DNA from: an uncultured virus (IMG/VR IMGVR_UViG_3300033994_001010) | Lineage: Duplodnaviria > Heunggongvirae > Uroviricota > Caudoviricetes | DNA length: 64,000 nt | Reading direction: 5' to 3' (one strand) | IMG/VR virus record: IMGVR_UViG_3300033994_001010 | Shown here: in pieces, positions 38,268-47,048 of the stretch | Layout of the letters: each line of letters begins with the position of its first letter | Position numbering within the stretch: position 1 is the stretch's first letter | Notes under the pieces: generated by a model | What the model saw: only the letters and a program-made list of their open reading frames with translations | What the model was told of the DNA's origin: nothing | Databases searched by the model: none | Translations under genes and position numbers: made by a program

Positions 38268-39050
38268 ATGGCAAAAGGTAATGACGAAGTTGTCATCCCT
38301 GTAGAGGCTACAGAAGCCTTTCATGCGGAGGCAAACACAGTAGCCCCTAAAAGCGGGAAAGTATTCACGGAGGATGAAGTAGAAAACATCCGAAAGCAAG
38401 AGAAAGATAAACTCTACAAGCGTCTTGAAGAGGCAGAAAACCGCTACAAGGGCATGGAAGAACAGATCTCAACACTTGCTACTGAACGTGAAAAGGCAAT
38501 TAAAGAAGCAACTGAAATTGCCCGTAAAGAAGAAGAAATTCGCCGCCAGCGTGAGTTTGATGAGTTGAGTGCAAAAGAACTTCTCAAGCGAACCGAGGAT
38601 GAATTTAATGTCAAGATTAAGAATGTGGATGCTGAATGGCAGAGTCGCTTTGCTCAGATTGAAGCAGAACGCTCGGCACAACAAGCATTGTTAGATAAAG
38701 AACGGCAATTGCGTGAGGTTGAAACCTACCGCCAGCGCCGTGTACACGAGTCTCAAGACGAAATCATTCCAGAACTGATTGATTTGGTCGCAGGCAACAC
38801 CCCAGAAGAGATTGAAGCATCAGTGGAAATCCTTCGTCAGCGGAGTGCTGCTATTATTGAGAGTATCCAACAAGCGACTCAACCAAGTCGTGTTAGGGGT
38901 GCGGCGGTAACGTCACCATCCGTTGGGCCAATGGAAACTCAAACGGAGTATCAAACATTGAATGCGGAAGATATCCGAAACATGACAATGGATCAGTATG
39001 TTAAAATGCGAGACAGGCTTTTAAGTTCACGACCTAAAGGTCGTTTTTAG
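38268..39050 (+). CDS. Capsid scaffolding protein
   Basis: Charged coiled-coil between portal and MCP. Confidence 0.75.
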   Translation: MAKGNDEVVIPVEATEAFHAEANTVAPKSGKVFTEDEVENIRKQEKDKLYKRLEEAENRYKGMEEQISTLATEREKAIKEATEIARKEEEIRRQREFDELSAKELLKRTEDEFNVKIKNVDAEWQSRFAQIEAERSAQQALLDKERQLREVETYRQRRVHESQDEIIPELIDLVAGNTPEEIEASVEILRQRSAAIIESIQQATQPSRVRGAAVTSPSVGPMETQTEYQTLNAEDIRNMTMDQYVKMRDRLLSSRPKGRF

Positions 39051-39081
39051 TTATTATCCATTAAGTCACTAAGGAGAAATC

Positions 39082-40161
39082 ATGGCATTTCCAGCACCAA
39101 CAGGTGGTGCGATTACCGCAACAGCAAACATCAGTCCAACTGGTTACTCGAGCGATAGCGCACTATCCCCAGCAATTCAAACTATCTGGTCCAAGGAAAT
39201 CTTGTTCCAGGCAATGCCTGTTCTGCGCTTTGAGCAGTTCGCAGTGAAGAAGACCGAACTTGGTGTACAGCCTGGTTTGACCATCAACTTCATGCGTTAC
39301 AGCAACCTTGCAGTAGATCAGGCAGTAGGAGCAACCCTTGATGAAGGTGTGCGTATGGAGCCAGTTGCTCTGTCAGCATCACAGATTCAAATCACCGTAG
39401 GTGAACAGGGTCAGGCTCTCGCAGTAACCGAGTTGCTCCTTAACGCATCGTTCGATGACGTTATGGCATCATCCAGCCGCTTGCTCGGTCGTCACATGGC
39501 GCAATCCATGGACATCCAGGCTCGCAACACCCTCTACAAGACCGCAATCCCATTCGGTGGCGGTGCAGCAGTACCACCAAACATCGTGTTTGGTCGCAAG
39601 ACTCTCGGTTCAACCCGTGGTTCAATTGCTCCTTACGATGCAGGTACTTTGGGTGACGCAAGTAATCCAGGCTACCTCTCACCAGCAACCGTCAAGGATG
39701 CTGTTGAAGTGCTTGCAGGTCAGAACATCCCTCGTCTTGGCGACACGTACGTCTGCTTCGTTCACCCTTCACAGAGCCGTGCGCTCCGTGACTGGCCTGA
39801 ATTCATTGAAGTAACGAAGTACGCTGCTCCAGGAAACTTCATGCTTGGTGAAATCGGTCGTTTGTATGACGTTGTATTCATTGAAACCACACAGGTTACA
39901 AAGAACACAGGTCCAGCAGACATCGACAACTCAGCATCGGGTACGCAAGCAATGAACGCAGACTCGTACAACGCAATCATGATCGGTGACAACGCTTTTG
40001 GACATGCAATTGCATTGCCAGTTGAACTCCGTGACGGTGGCGTAATCGACTTCGGTCGTGAGCACGGTCTCGCTTGGTACGCCATTTGGGGCTTCGGCAT
40101 GATCACGCATGAATCACGTGTATTGTTGAACACCAAGGGCGGAGCAATCGCTTCCTCGTAA
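39082..40161 (+). CDS. Major capsid protein (N4-gp56-like, HK97 fold)
   Basis: IWSKEILFQAMP, PGLTINFMRY, GEIGRLYDVVFIET; strong RBS and biased codons. Confidence 0.9.
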   Translation: MAFPAPTGGAITATANISPTGYSSDSALSPAIQTIWSKEILFQAMPVLRFEQFAVKKTELGVQPGLTINFMRYSNLAVDQAVGATLDEGVRMEPVALSASQIQITVGEQGQALAVTELLLNASFDDVMASSSRLLGRHMAQSMDIQARNTLYKTAIPFGGGAAVPPNIVFGRKTLGSTRGSIAPYDAGTLGDASNPGYLSPATVKDAVEVLAGQNIPRLGDTYVCFVHPSQSRALRDWPEFIEVTKYAAPGNFMLGEIGRLYDVVFIETTQVTKNTGPADIDNSASGTQAMNADSYNAIMIGDNAFGHAIALPVELRDGGVIDFGREHGLAWYAIWGFGMITHESRVLLNTKGGAIASS

Positions 40162-40179
40162 TTAAGTCAACTAGTATTG

Positions 40180-40205
40180 GGGGGTCGGGGTAAAACCCGA
40201 CTCCC
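40180..40205 (+). terminator. Hairpin after the MCP gene (possible terminator/attenuator)
   Basis: GGGGGTCGGG-gtaaaa-CCCGACTCCC; no strong U-tract. Confidence 0.45.
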
Positions 40206-40231
40206 TCAACCCCTTTCAATTGGAGAATAAA

Positions 40232-40489
40232 ATGGCAGCACGTAAAAAATCAGTAGTTCAAGAATTCGTTGAAAACGATGAAGAACAATTGTTTGTTTCA
40301 GAAATCCCTGAAGCAGAAGTCCTTGATACAACAACTAAGTCGGGAGATATTAGTGCTCGTGTAAAAGGATCTTGGACAATGTTTTGGGGTCAAGATACAT
40401 GGATTTTTAATGACGGTCACCGTTACAAACTTCCACGTGGCTTGTTTGAATATTTGAAGAAGAACGGCAATATCTACGACACTCTCTGA
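40232..40489 (+). CDS. Small head-associated hypothetical protein
   Basis: GGAG RBS; start moved to 40232. Confidence 0.65.
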   Translation: MAARKKSVVQEFVENDEEQLFVSEIPEAEVLDTTTKSGDISARVKGSWTMFWGQDTWIFNDGHRYKLPRGLFEYLKKNGNIYDTL

Positions 40490-40496
40490 GGTTTAA

Positions 40497-41138
40497 ATGG
40501 CTGGATTTACAGTACCTAATGCAAGCGAATACGGTGTAACAATCCAGAGCCTTGATCAAGCAGAGCCAGACTCTCTTGACTTTAAAATTCTTGGTAACCA
40601 CAGTGCAGGTGTTCTTACAGGGTGTGACATCACTGTTTTTTCTATTGGTAATGGCAGTGCAACACTAACCAACGGTGAAGTGTTCGTTAACAACTCCTTT
40701 GGAACTGTTACTGGTGACACTTTAACCTTTTCAGCCGCAGGTGCAGACGCACGATTTGATATTGTTGCTGTAGAAAAATCTGGTAGTTCGTTTATCTACA
40801 CAACTATTGTTGGTACATCTAGCGCAACAAACCCAGTCTTTCCAGCAGTGTCTGTTAACCAATTGCCTCTTTATGCTATCTATAGAAAATCTGGAACAAC
40901 CCTTAACTCAACCAGTGTTGTAGATAAGCGCAAATTTCTAAATCTTGCTCACAGAACTGGTGCCGCAGTACCAACAACAGCAGCAGATAACGGTGACTTG
41001 TACATACGCACAGGGGCAGCACTACTGGCTGAACAATCAGCAGTGTATGTGTACGTAGATTCTGCTTGGCAAAACCTTGCTAAATACGAAGGTGTGCGTG
41101 AAGACCCATTGCATCCATTCTTGTTTTCAGGACTGTAA
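40497..41138 (+). CDS. Virion structural protein
   Basis: RFDIV...VDKR pattern; head-neck module. Confidence 0.6.
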   Translation: MAGFTVPNASEYGVTIQSLDQAEPDSLDFKILGNHSAGVLTGCDITVFSIGNGSATLTNGEVFVNNSFGTVTGDTLTFSAAGADARFDIVAVEKSGSSFIYTTIVGTSSATNPVFPAVSVNQLPLYAIYRKSGTTLNSTSVVDKRKFLNLAHRTGAAVPTTAADNGDLYIRTGAALLAEQSAVYVYVDSAWQNLAKYEGVREDPLHPFLFSGL

Positions 41139-41311
41139 TGGCTAGTGCAGTAGAGATAATTACACGACTAATTAGACCATCAAGTAACTCAACAACAGCA
41201 GACATTACAAGAATTAGAAGAATACATACGTCACGTATGCGTGAACAACAACCAGCGATTGGGCAACCGCTTCAAGACACAGTTCCCGGCACGGGATCAG
41301 GCGATCAATAG
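41138..41311 (+). CDS. 57-aa hypothetical protein (not in ORF track)
   Basis: TAATG overlap; MASAVEIITRLIRP...GSGDQ. Confidence 0.55.
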   Translation: MASAVEIITRLIRPSSNSTTADITRIRRIHTSRMREQQPAIGQPLQDTVPGTGSGDQ

Positions 41312-41323
41312 TAAACTGTATTT

Positions 41324-42160
41324 ATGCATGCTAATTACTCCCACGTACTGATTGAAAAGATCATGGAGATTGCCCGTACATATCTCCGTGATTACCCCAA
41401 ATTCTTTCAAGTTTCTTTTGACGCTGTGGGTAGAACCTACGAATTAGGAAACCCCAATATTGAATCTAGTTCCCTATGGATAGCCACATACACAGCAAAT
41501 GGCAACCCTACTGAGATTACCTCTAATACATCTGCATCTACGTATTACTCATTAGATGATAGAAACGGGATTATAAGATTTAATAGTTCTTCTGCTTCGG
41601 CTACAAAAATTATGGTAGAAGGTTATTACTATGAATGGGTTCTTCCTAAAGACCTTGAATACTTTGCAAGACATGCTATTGAGCAACACACATACAACTT
41701 AGATACACCTCTAGAACTTGTTGCCCCAATTGTTCTAGATACAATTGGTATGGCTACTGTAGTTGAAACTTTGTGGGGATTGCTAACTGAGTACAGCCGT
41801 GACATTGACGTAACTACGTCTGAATCTATTCATATTCCTGCCAGTCAACGTTTTCGAATGGTTCAATCCATGTTGGATTACTGGACCCGTAACTACCAAG
41901 CACAGGCTCGTGCTCTAAACATTGGTATTGAACGTATTGAAATAATGAACCTTCGCCGTGTATCTAGAACTACAGGTCTGCTAGTTCCTATTTATAAAGC
42001 ACGTGAAGTTGGAGATTACGGCCCAATTGAGAGACAGTTCCCTGAAATCAATCCAGGGGATATTAAAATTGAAGACAACGATGAACCTCTTCGTGAAGAG
42101 GTTTACATGCAAATCAACCCACAGTCTGGGTACTCCACCGTACAACCAATTAACTGGTAA
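41324..42160 (+). CDS. Putative head-to-tail adaptor
   Basis: Synteny; IPASQRFR...LRRVSRTTG. Confidence 0.6.
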   Translation: MHANYSHVLIEKIMEIARTYLRDYPKFFQVSFDAVGRTYELGNPNIESSSLWIATYTANGNPTEITSNTSASTYYSLDDRNGIIRFNSSSASATKIMVEGYYYEWVLPKDLEYFARHAIEQHTYNLDTPLELVAPIVLDTIGMATVVETLWGLLTEYSRDIDVTTSESIHIPASQRFRMVQSMLDYWTRNYQAQARALNIGIERIEIMNLRRVSRTTGLLVPIYKAREVGDYGPIERQFPEINPGDIKIEDNDEPLREEVYMQINPQSGYSTVQPINW

Positions 42161-42163
42161 CTT

Positions 42164-42697
42164 ATGGATCCCCGTAGAGAACTTGGGCAAATACGAAAGC
42201 ATTACCGCCAGTATCACCGCCATGTAGGTGAACGTATTGTGTGGTTTGAATTCAATCCATTAGAGGCTGGAAGCACTTACGATGATGTTTACGATGAAGG
42301 TGTTTCTGGATCTGGTGGAAAAACCTACAAAACTGGAGTGCTTTTACCTGTCCTCATGGTTACAGAAACTGAAGATACTAAGAGAGCAATCCCAGAAGGT
42401 CGTCAGCCAGTACAGGTTGTAAACGCTGTTCTCTCAATTGAAGATGTTCGTGATGCCGGGGTAAACGACCCTTACGAATATCAAAAGCATTTAAATGACA
42501 TGTTCTTTTACGATGGTCGATACTTTTCTGTATCTATGTACCGAGTGCGAGGTCGGGCAAAAGACGATGTTCTAATCGTTGTTGAAGGTATTGAAGTATA
42601 TGTTGATCAAGAAATGCCGTTTGATCCAGGTCCTGCTCAAATGAGTATTAGCGATTTACCTTGGCCTTCAGTGCTTCCAACATTCCTGGTAAACTAA
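42164..42697 (+). CDS. Putative head-to-tail stopper/closure protein
   Basis: Synteny. Confidence 0.55.
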   Translation: MDPRRELGQIRKHYRQYHRHVGERIVWFEFNPLEAGSTYDDVYDEGVSGSGGKTYKTGVLLPVLMVTETEDTKRAIPEGRQPVQVVNAVLSIEDVRDAGVNDPYEYQKHLNDMFFYDGRYFSVSMYRVRGRAKDDVLIVVEGIEVYVDQEMPFDPGPAQMSISDLPWPSVLPTFLVN

Positions 42698-42747
42698 TAG
42701 AGCATGCCGTGCGGCATGCACACATCGCCTAGAACTAAGGAGTGCCT

Positions 42748-43167
42748 ATGGCTGGCAAACCTAAAACCAAGACTCCTATTAGTTCTACGTCTTTACGCCC
42801 AATTGTTGAGGGGTTTCCTGCCCCAGTGCTTTTCTTTGGTGATTTAGTACTTAACTTGCAAGACTATCTTGAAGACGCTGTTAACCAAGCCTTGGTTGCA
42901 GAAACCGAGGAAGCAAAGAAGGGTCTGGTTTCAGCAGACTCATCGTACTCTGAACTTGTAGATGATTTCCGTTTGGGGTATGACAAGAACGAAGAATCAT
43001 TTACATATAAGGTAATTGGTAAGTCAGGGCAAAAAGCAAAGGATTTAGAATATGGGCCTCCTGGTCGTTCCATCCTCCGCCACCAATGCATTGTTGGGTC
43101 TAAAAGGCTTACGTCAAACATTAATCGCCAACTAGATATGGCTACAGGAATGAGAACCCACAAATGA
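42748..43167 (+). CDS. Putative neck/tail completion protein
   Basis: LEYGPP motif; synteny. Confidence 0.5.
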   Translation: MAGKPKTKTPISSTSLRPIVEGFPAPVLFFGDLVLNLQDYLEDAVNQALVAETEEAKKGLVSADSSYSELVDDFRLGYDKNEESFTYKVIGKSGQKAKDLEYGPPGRSILRHQCIVGSKRLTSNINRQLDMATGMRTHK

Positions 43168-43847
43168 AAACTGGGTTTCTACTAGCCGAAGACGAAGCAG
43201 TCAAACTTCGTTTTAGTGGTTTGTACGTTACGGATGATCGTAATGCCCAACGACCTGTAAAGGTGTTTTTCCGTTACCCAGATGGAGAAACAGAACGAGA
43301 GTACCCGTTTATCACTATTGAACTTATTGATATTCTGCATGCTACCGACCGCCAATACTCGGATACTGTCATTTACGCAGACACATCTGAAAGCGATATA
43401 TTTGAAAATCACCCTGCTTTTTTTAATTATTGGCCTAGCGAGGTTGACGGGGTAACTATCTCAGACACTGCATCCGCAGCACACTTTGCATCAGCAAACG
43501 ATTTTATCCCAGTTGACCTGCTTTACCAGGTTTCTATTTACACGAGGTCTGCCCTGCATGATAGGCAATTGACCTCTGGGATTATTTCTAGAGTAACACC
43601 ATACCGTTGGAACTCAATCTACATTCAAGCAGACGGAACTTCCCGTAGGTTTGACATGCTGGACTGGACTAACGCCGACCTTCTAGATATGGAATCTGGG
43701 TATAGAAAACGCATATTCCGTAAGGTGTTAACATTAAAAATGTCAGCAGAAATAACTAGCCAGTCTATTGCCTTTCTGCAAGGCACACAACCTGTTGAAG
43801 AGATTAGTAGTACAATTACATCTCAAATGCATGTCTTCAATGAGTAA
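43164..43847 (+). CDS. Putative tail terminator
   Basis: YPFITIELID, PVDLLYQVS; directly before the sheath gene. Confidence 0.6.
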   Translation: MKTGFLLAEDEAVKLRFSGLYVTDDRNAQRPVKVFFRYPDGETEREYPFITIELIDILHATDRQYSDTVIYADTSESDIFENHPAFFNYWPSEVDGVTISDTASAAHFASANDFIPVDLLYQVSIYTRSALHDRQLTSGIISRVTPYRWNSIYIQADGTSRRFDMLDWTNADLLDMESGYRKRIFRKVLTLKMSAEITSQSIAFLQGTQPVEEISSTITSQMHVFNE

Positions 43848-43883
43848 GTTTTTTCCAACCCCCTTTACACTTTAGGAGTAAAA

Positions 43884-45431
43884 ATGGCATACGAACGCCC
43901 AGGAGTTTACGTACAGGAAGGTACGTTTGCGACCAACATTCAAACAACATCAGGACCAACTGGTGCTGCATTTGTTGGACTTGCAGATCGTGGACCAACC
44001 ACACCAACATTGGTCACGTCTTGGAATCAATACACAAGTTTGTTTGGTGAACTGAGCAATGACTATGATTTAGGTTATGCTGTTTATCATTACTTTGCTA
44101 ATGGCGGTCAAACTGCATACATTACACGTGTAATTGACTCATCCGCAACAATTGCACAAAGTGCGTTGACTGCAACCCCAACGGGTGGAAGCAGTGCCAA
44201 CCTTGTGCTTTTAGTTACAAAGTCACCTGGTGCTTGGGGCAATAACCTTACTGTTGACTACACCTTTGATCCAGAAACATTGGATAACCCAACAACAACG
44301 CCAAAGGCAACCAAGAACTCGTTGTTTAGTCTTACTGTAAAACTTAATAGCGTTGAAGTAGAGCGCTGGAATAACCTTTCAGTTGACCCAGAAAACGTTC
44401 GCTACATTGACACAGTGCTTGATCTTTACTCATCTTATGTAAGTGCCTCAACGGTAGCAACTGTTGCTGCTGGAACAACTCTTACTGTAACTGGAATTGC
44501 TGCTAATGATTATGTTTCAACAACAACCTTTACAAACGGGTCTGAAGGAGCAGGATCAATTGACGCAACTGATTGGGCAACCGCAGTTTCTTCATATGAA
44601 ACAATTACTTCTGGACTGTTGTTTAACTTGGTTGGTCAAACATCATCAACAATCATTAACAGTGCGATTAACGTGATGCAAGCACGTGGAAACTCAATGT
44701 TGATTATTGATACCCCACTTACTGCTACAACGGCAGATCAATTGCAGAGCGCTGTATCGGCCTACACTAAGTCAAGTTACGCAGCAGTTTACGGACCAGC
44801 ACTTAAGATGTTTGATCCTAAGAAGACTGGTGCTGCTGCAATCCGCAACACTTATGCTGGTGGTGCTGTACTCGGTGCGTTCATTCGTTCAGAAGTAACC
44901 CGTGGTGTTGCTAAAGCACCTGCTGGTTACGGTTTGGATATCCGCAACGTTTATGGACTTGTTGGAACCCTTACTGAAGCCCAGCAAGGAACGGTTTACA
45001 AGGACAGTCAAATCAACTTGTTTAACCTTGTTCCAGGAGTTGGTGTGATCATCAACGGTTCACGAACACTTGCCCGTAACACATCTGACAAGTATGTAAC
45101 GGTTCGCCGTTCAATCAACTACCTCAAGGATGTGATTAAGCAAAAGACAGCATTTGCAATGTTTGAGCCAAACGATCAGCGTTTGTGGTCAGACATTACA
45201 GTTCGTTTGTCCTCACTCCTTAATGCCTTTTGGGCAACTGGTGGACTTAAGGGCAACTCTTCAACAGAAGCCTATTACGTCATTTGTAACTCGACTAACA
45301 ACACGCAAAATGATATTGAAGATGGAAGAGTAAACGTAACTATCGGAGTCGCTTTGCAGTCTCCTGCTGAATACATTGTAATTAACATCAGTCAATGGAC
45401 TGGTGGAAGCACCGTCACTACTAACGCCTAG
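43884..45431 (+). CDS. Tail sheath protein
   Basis: YERPGVYVQE, GVAKAPAG, YVTVRR, FEPND, PAEYIVI. Confidence 0.93.
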   Translation: MAYERPGVYVQEGTFATNIQTTSGPTGAAFVGLADRGPTTPTLVTSWNQYTSLFGELSNDYDLGYAVYHYFANGGQTAYITRVIDSSATIAQSALTATPTGGSSANLVLLVTKSPGAWGNNLTVDYTFDPETLDNPTTTPKATKNSLFSLTVKLNSVEVERWNNLSVDPENVRYIDTVLDLYSSYVSASTVATVAAGTTLTVTGIAANDYVSTTTFTNGSEGAGSIDATDWATAVSSYETITSGLLFNLVGQTSSTIINSAINVMQARGNSMLIIDTPLTATTADQLQSAVSAYTKSSYAAVYGPALKMFDPKKTGAAAIRNTYAGGAVLGAFIRSEVTRGVAKAPAGYGLDIRNVYGLVGTLTEAQQGTVYKDSQINLFNLVPGVGVIINGSRTLARNTSDKYVTVRRSINYLKDVIKQKTAFAMFEPNDQRLWSDITVRLSSLLNAFWATGGLKGNSSTEAYYVICNSTNNTQNDIEDGRVNVTIGVALQSPAEYIVINISQWTGGSTVTTNA

Positions 45432-45439
45432 GAGAAAAC

Positions 45440-46078
45440 ATGGCACGTACACAACGCACAGATCCGCTCCGTAACTTTAAGTTTACGGTTAAGTTTGTAC
45501 CTCTTGATGATGAACTCAAAAACCTGACCACTGGTATTGGTGATTTGGGTTTTGCATCAATGGGTGGACTTGCCGTAACAAACGAAGTTATCCCATACCG
45601 TGAAGGCGGAATGAATACCCACCCACACAAGATGGTTGGGCAGTCAGACTTCCCACCAGTGTCGTTTGCTCGTGGCGCATTTGCTGAGCAAGCCCAACTG
45701 TGGAACTGGCAAAAGTTCATGCATTCATGGATCAGTGGTGGTGTTTCTGGTTTCCCAGGTGGGTCATCTGGAGATGGGTCAAACTACCGATGCAACATTA
45801 TTGTTAAGGTTTATGACCACCCATTTACTAATTCAGTAACTGATCAAGGACCAACACGCTATGCCTACGACAGTAGCCAAAATGAAAGTGCCAACGTAAA
45901 ACCTGGTAACGTCAAACTGGCTTATAAGTTGTTCAACGCATGGCCTGGTGCTTACGGACTCAGCGACCTTAACGCTGGTGACAACGGCATCATGGTTCAA
46001 TCAATGAACGTTCACCACGAAGGATTCTATGTTGCTTGGACAGCATCAGAAATTGCGGCAATTGACAGTCAAGAATAA
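45440..46078 (+). CDS. Tail tube protein (T4 gp19-like)
   Basis: DPLRNFKF, YREGG, NAWP, HEG. Confidence 0.88.
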   Translation: MARTQRTDPLRNFKFTVKFVPLDDELKNLTTGIGDLGFASMGGLAVTNEVIPYREGGMNTHPHKMVGQSDFPPVSFARGAFAEQAQLWNWQKFMHSWISGGVSGFPGGSSGDGSNYRCNIIVKVYDHPFTNSVTDQGPTRYAYDSSQNESANVKPGNVKLAYKLFNAWPGAYGLSDLNAGDNGIMVQSMNVHHEGFYVAWTASEIAAIDSQE

Positions 46079-46115
46079 TTAAGTAAACTATCTATTAATA
46101 ACAAGGAGTAAGTAC

Positions 46116-46910
46116 ATGTCTACCCAATCAGACGCAATGTCGGTAAACGCTGCAATTGCAGACCCAGTACCACGTATTCAGAATGCCCCTGTAACAACAG
46201 TTGAGTTGTTCAGGGGTGTTCAAAACCCTGAAACAAAAGAGTGGGAAACCCTTGCCACAGTTAACGAGTTAACTGGTGAGGATGAAGAAGCACTTGCTTC
46301 AATGGAATCAGATGACGATTACCTTTACGCCCAATACATGTCAGCGCTACTTAAACGAAGTGTTGAAAGTATTGGAAACGTAAAGGTTAAAAATAACCCA
46401 TCGGTTATTGACAATCTAATTATCGGAGACCGAGACACTCTGTTCTTGGCTACAGTTCGTGCAACTTATGGCGAAGTGCGTGAGTACCAAATGAATTGCC
46501 CACATTGCGGTAAGTCCAATGACGTGTTTATTGAGATGTCAGAGTTCCCAGTCCGTGAAGGTAAAGGCGATCTTAGGGATGGCATTACTGTAATTTTGCG
46601 TAATGGAGTTGAGCAAAGGTTCCGTTTAGTTTCTGGTGCAGATACACAATTTGTTACAACAAAGGCTAAGACGGTTCCAGAACAGAACACCATTCTTATT
46701 TCCCGTTGTGCTGTATTCCCAGATGGGGAAAAGCCAAAGGATATTCTTGCTTGGGCTAAGAAATTAGGAATGAAAGACCGATCAGCAATTATTGACAAGT
46801 TAATGGAAGCACAACCTGGCCCAGAAATCAAGGAGGTGGAAGCCCACTGCGCCCATTGCGAAAAGCAATTCCCCGTAATGCTCAACTGGGCCTCACTTTT
46901 ATTCGGCTAA
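46116..46910 (+). CDS. Tail assembly chaperone / baseplate hub assembly protein (T4 gp26-like)
   Basis: ELTGEDEE, GDRD..L, CPHCG, CAHC. Confidence 0.7.
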   Translation: MSTQSDAMSVNAAIADPVPRIQNAPVTTVELFRGVQNPETKEWETLATVNELTGEDEEALASMESDDDYLYAQYMSALLKRSVESIGNVKVKNNPSVIDNLIIGDRDTLFLATVRATYGEVREYQMNCPHCGKSNDVFIEMSEFPVREGKGDLRDGITVILRNGVEQRFRLVSGADTQFVTTKAKTVPEQNTILISRCAVFPDGEKPKDILAWAKKLGMKDRSAIIDKLMEAQPGPEIKEVEAHCAHCEKQFPVMLNWASLLFG

Positions 46911-47046
46911 TTTAGTAGTAACATATTGGGAATACGATTCGATTGCTTCTGTTTACAAGGGCTTCTCGCTCAAGGATATTAAATCAATGACTGTAAGGCA
47001 AAGAACTTACTGGTCAGCAATGAGTAGATGGCGTAAACAGGAGTAA
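46879..47046 (+). CDS. Start-less +1-frame extension of the chaperone (probable programmed frameshift product)
   Basis: Open frame ..YWEYDSIASVYKGFSLKDIKSMTVRQRTYW..; no ATG/GTG/TTG before 46987. Confidence 0.55.
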   Translation, partial: CSTGPHFYSANLVVTYWEYDSIASVYKGFSLKDIKSMTVRQRTYWSAMSRWRKQE

Positions 47047-47048
47047 TT

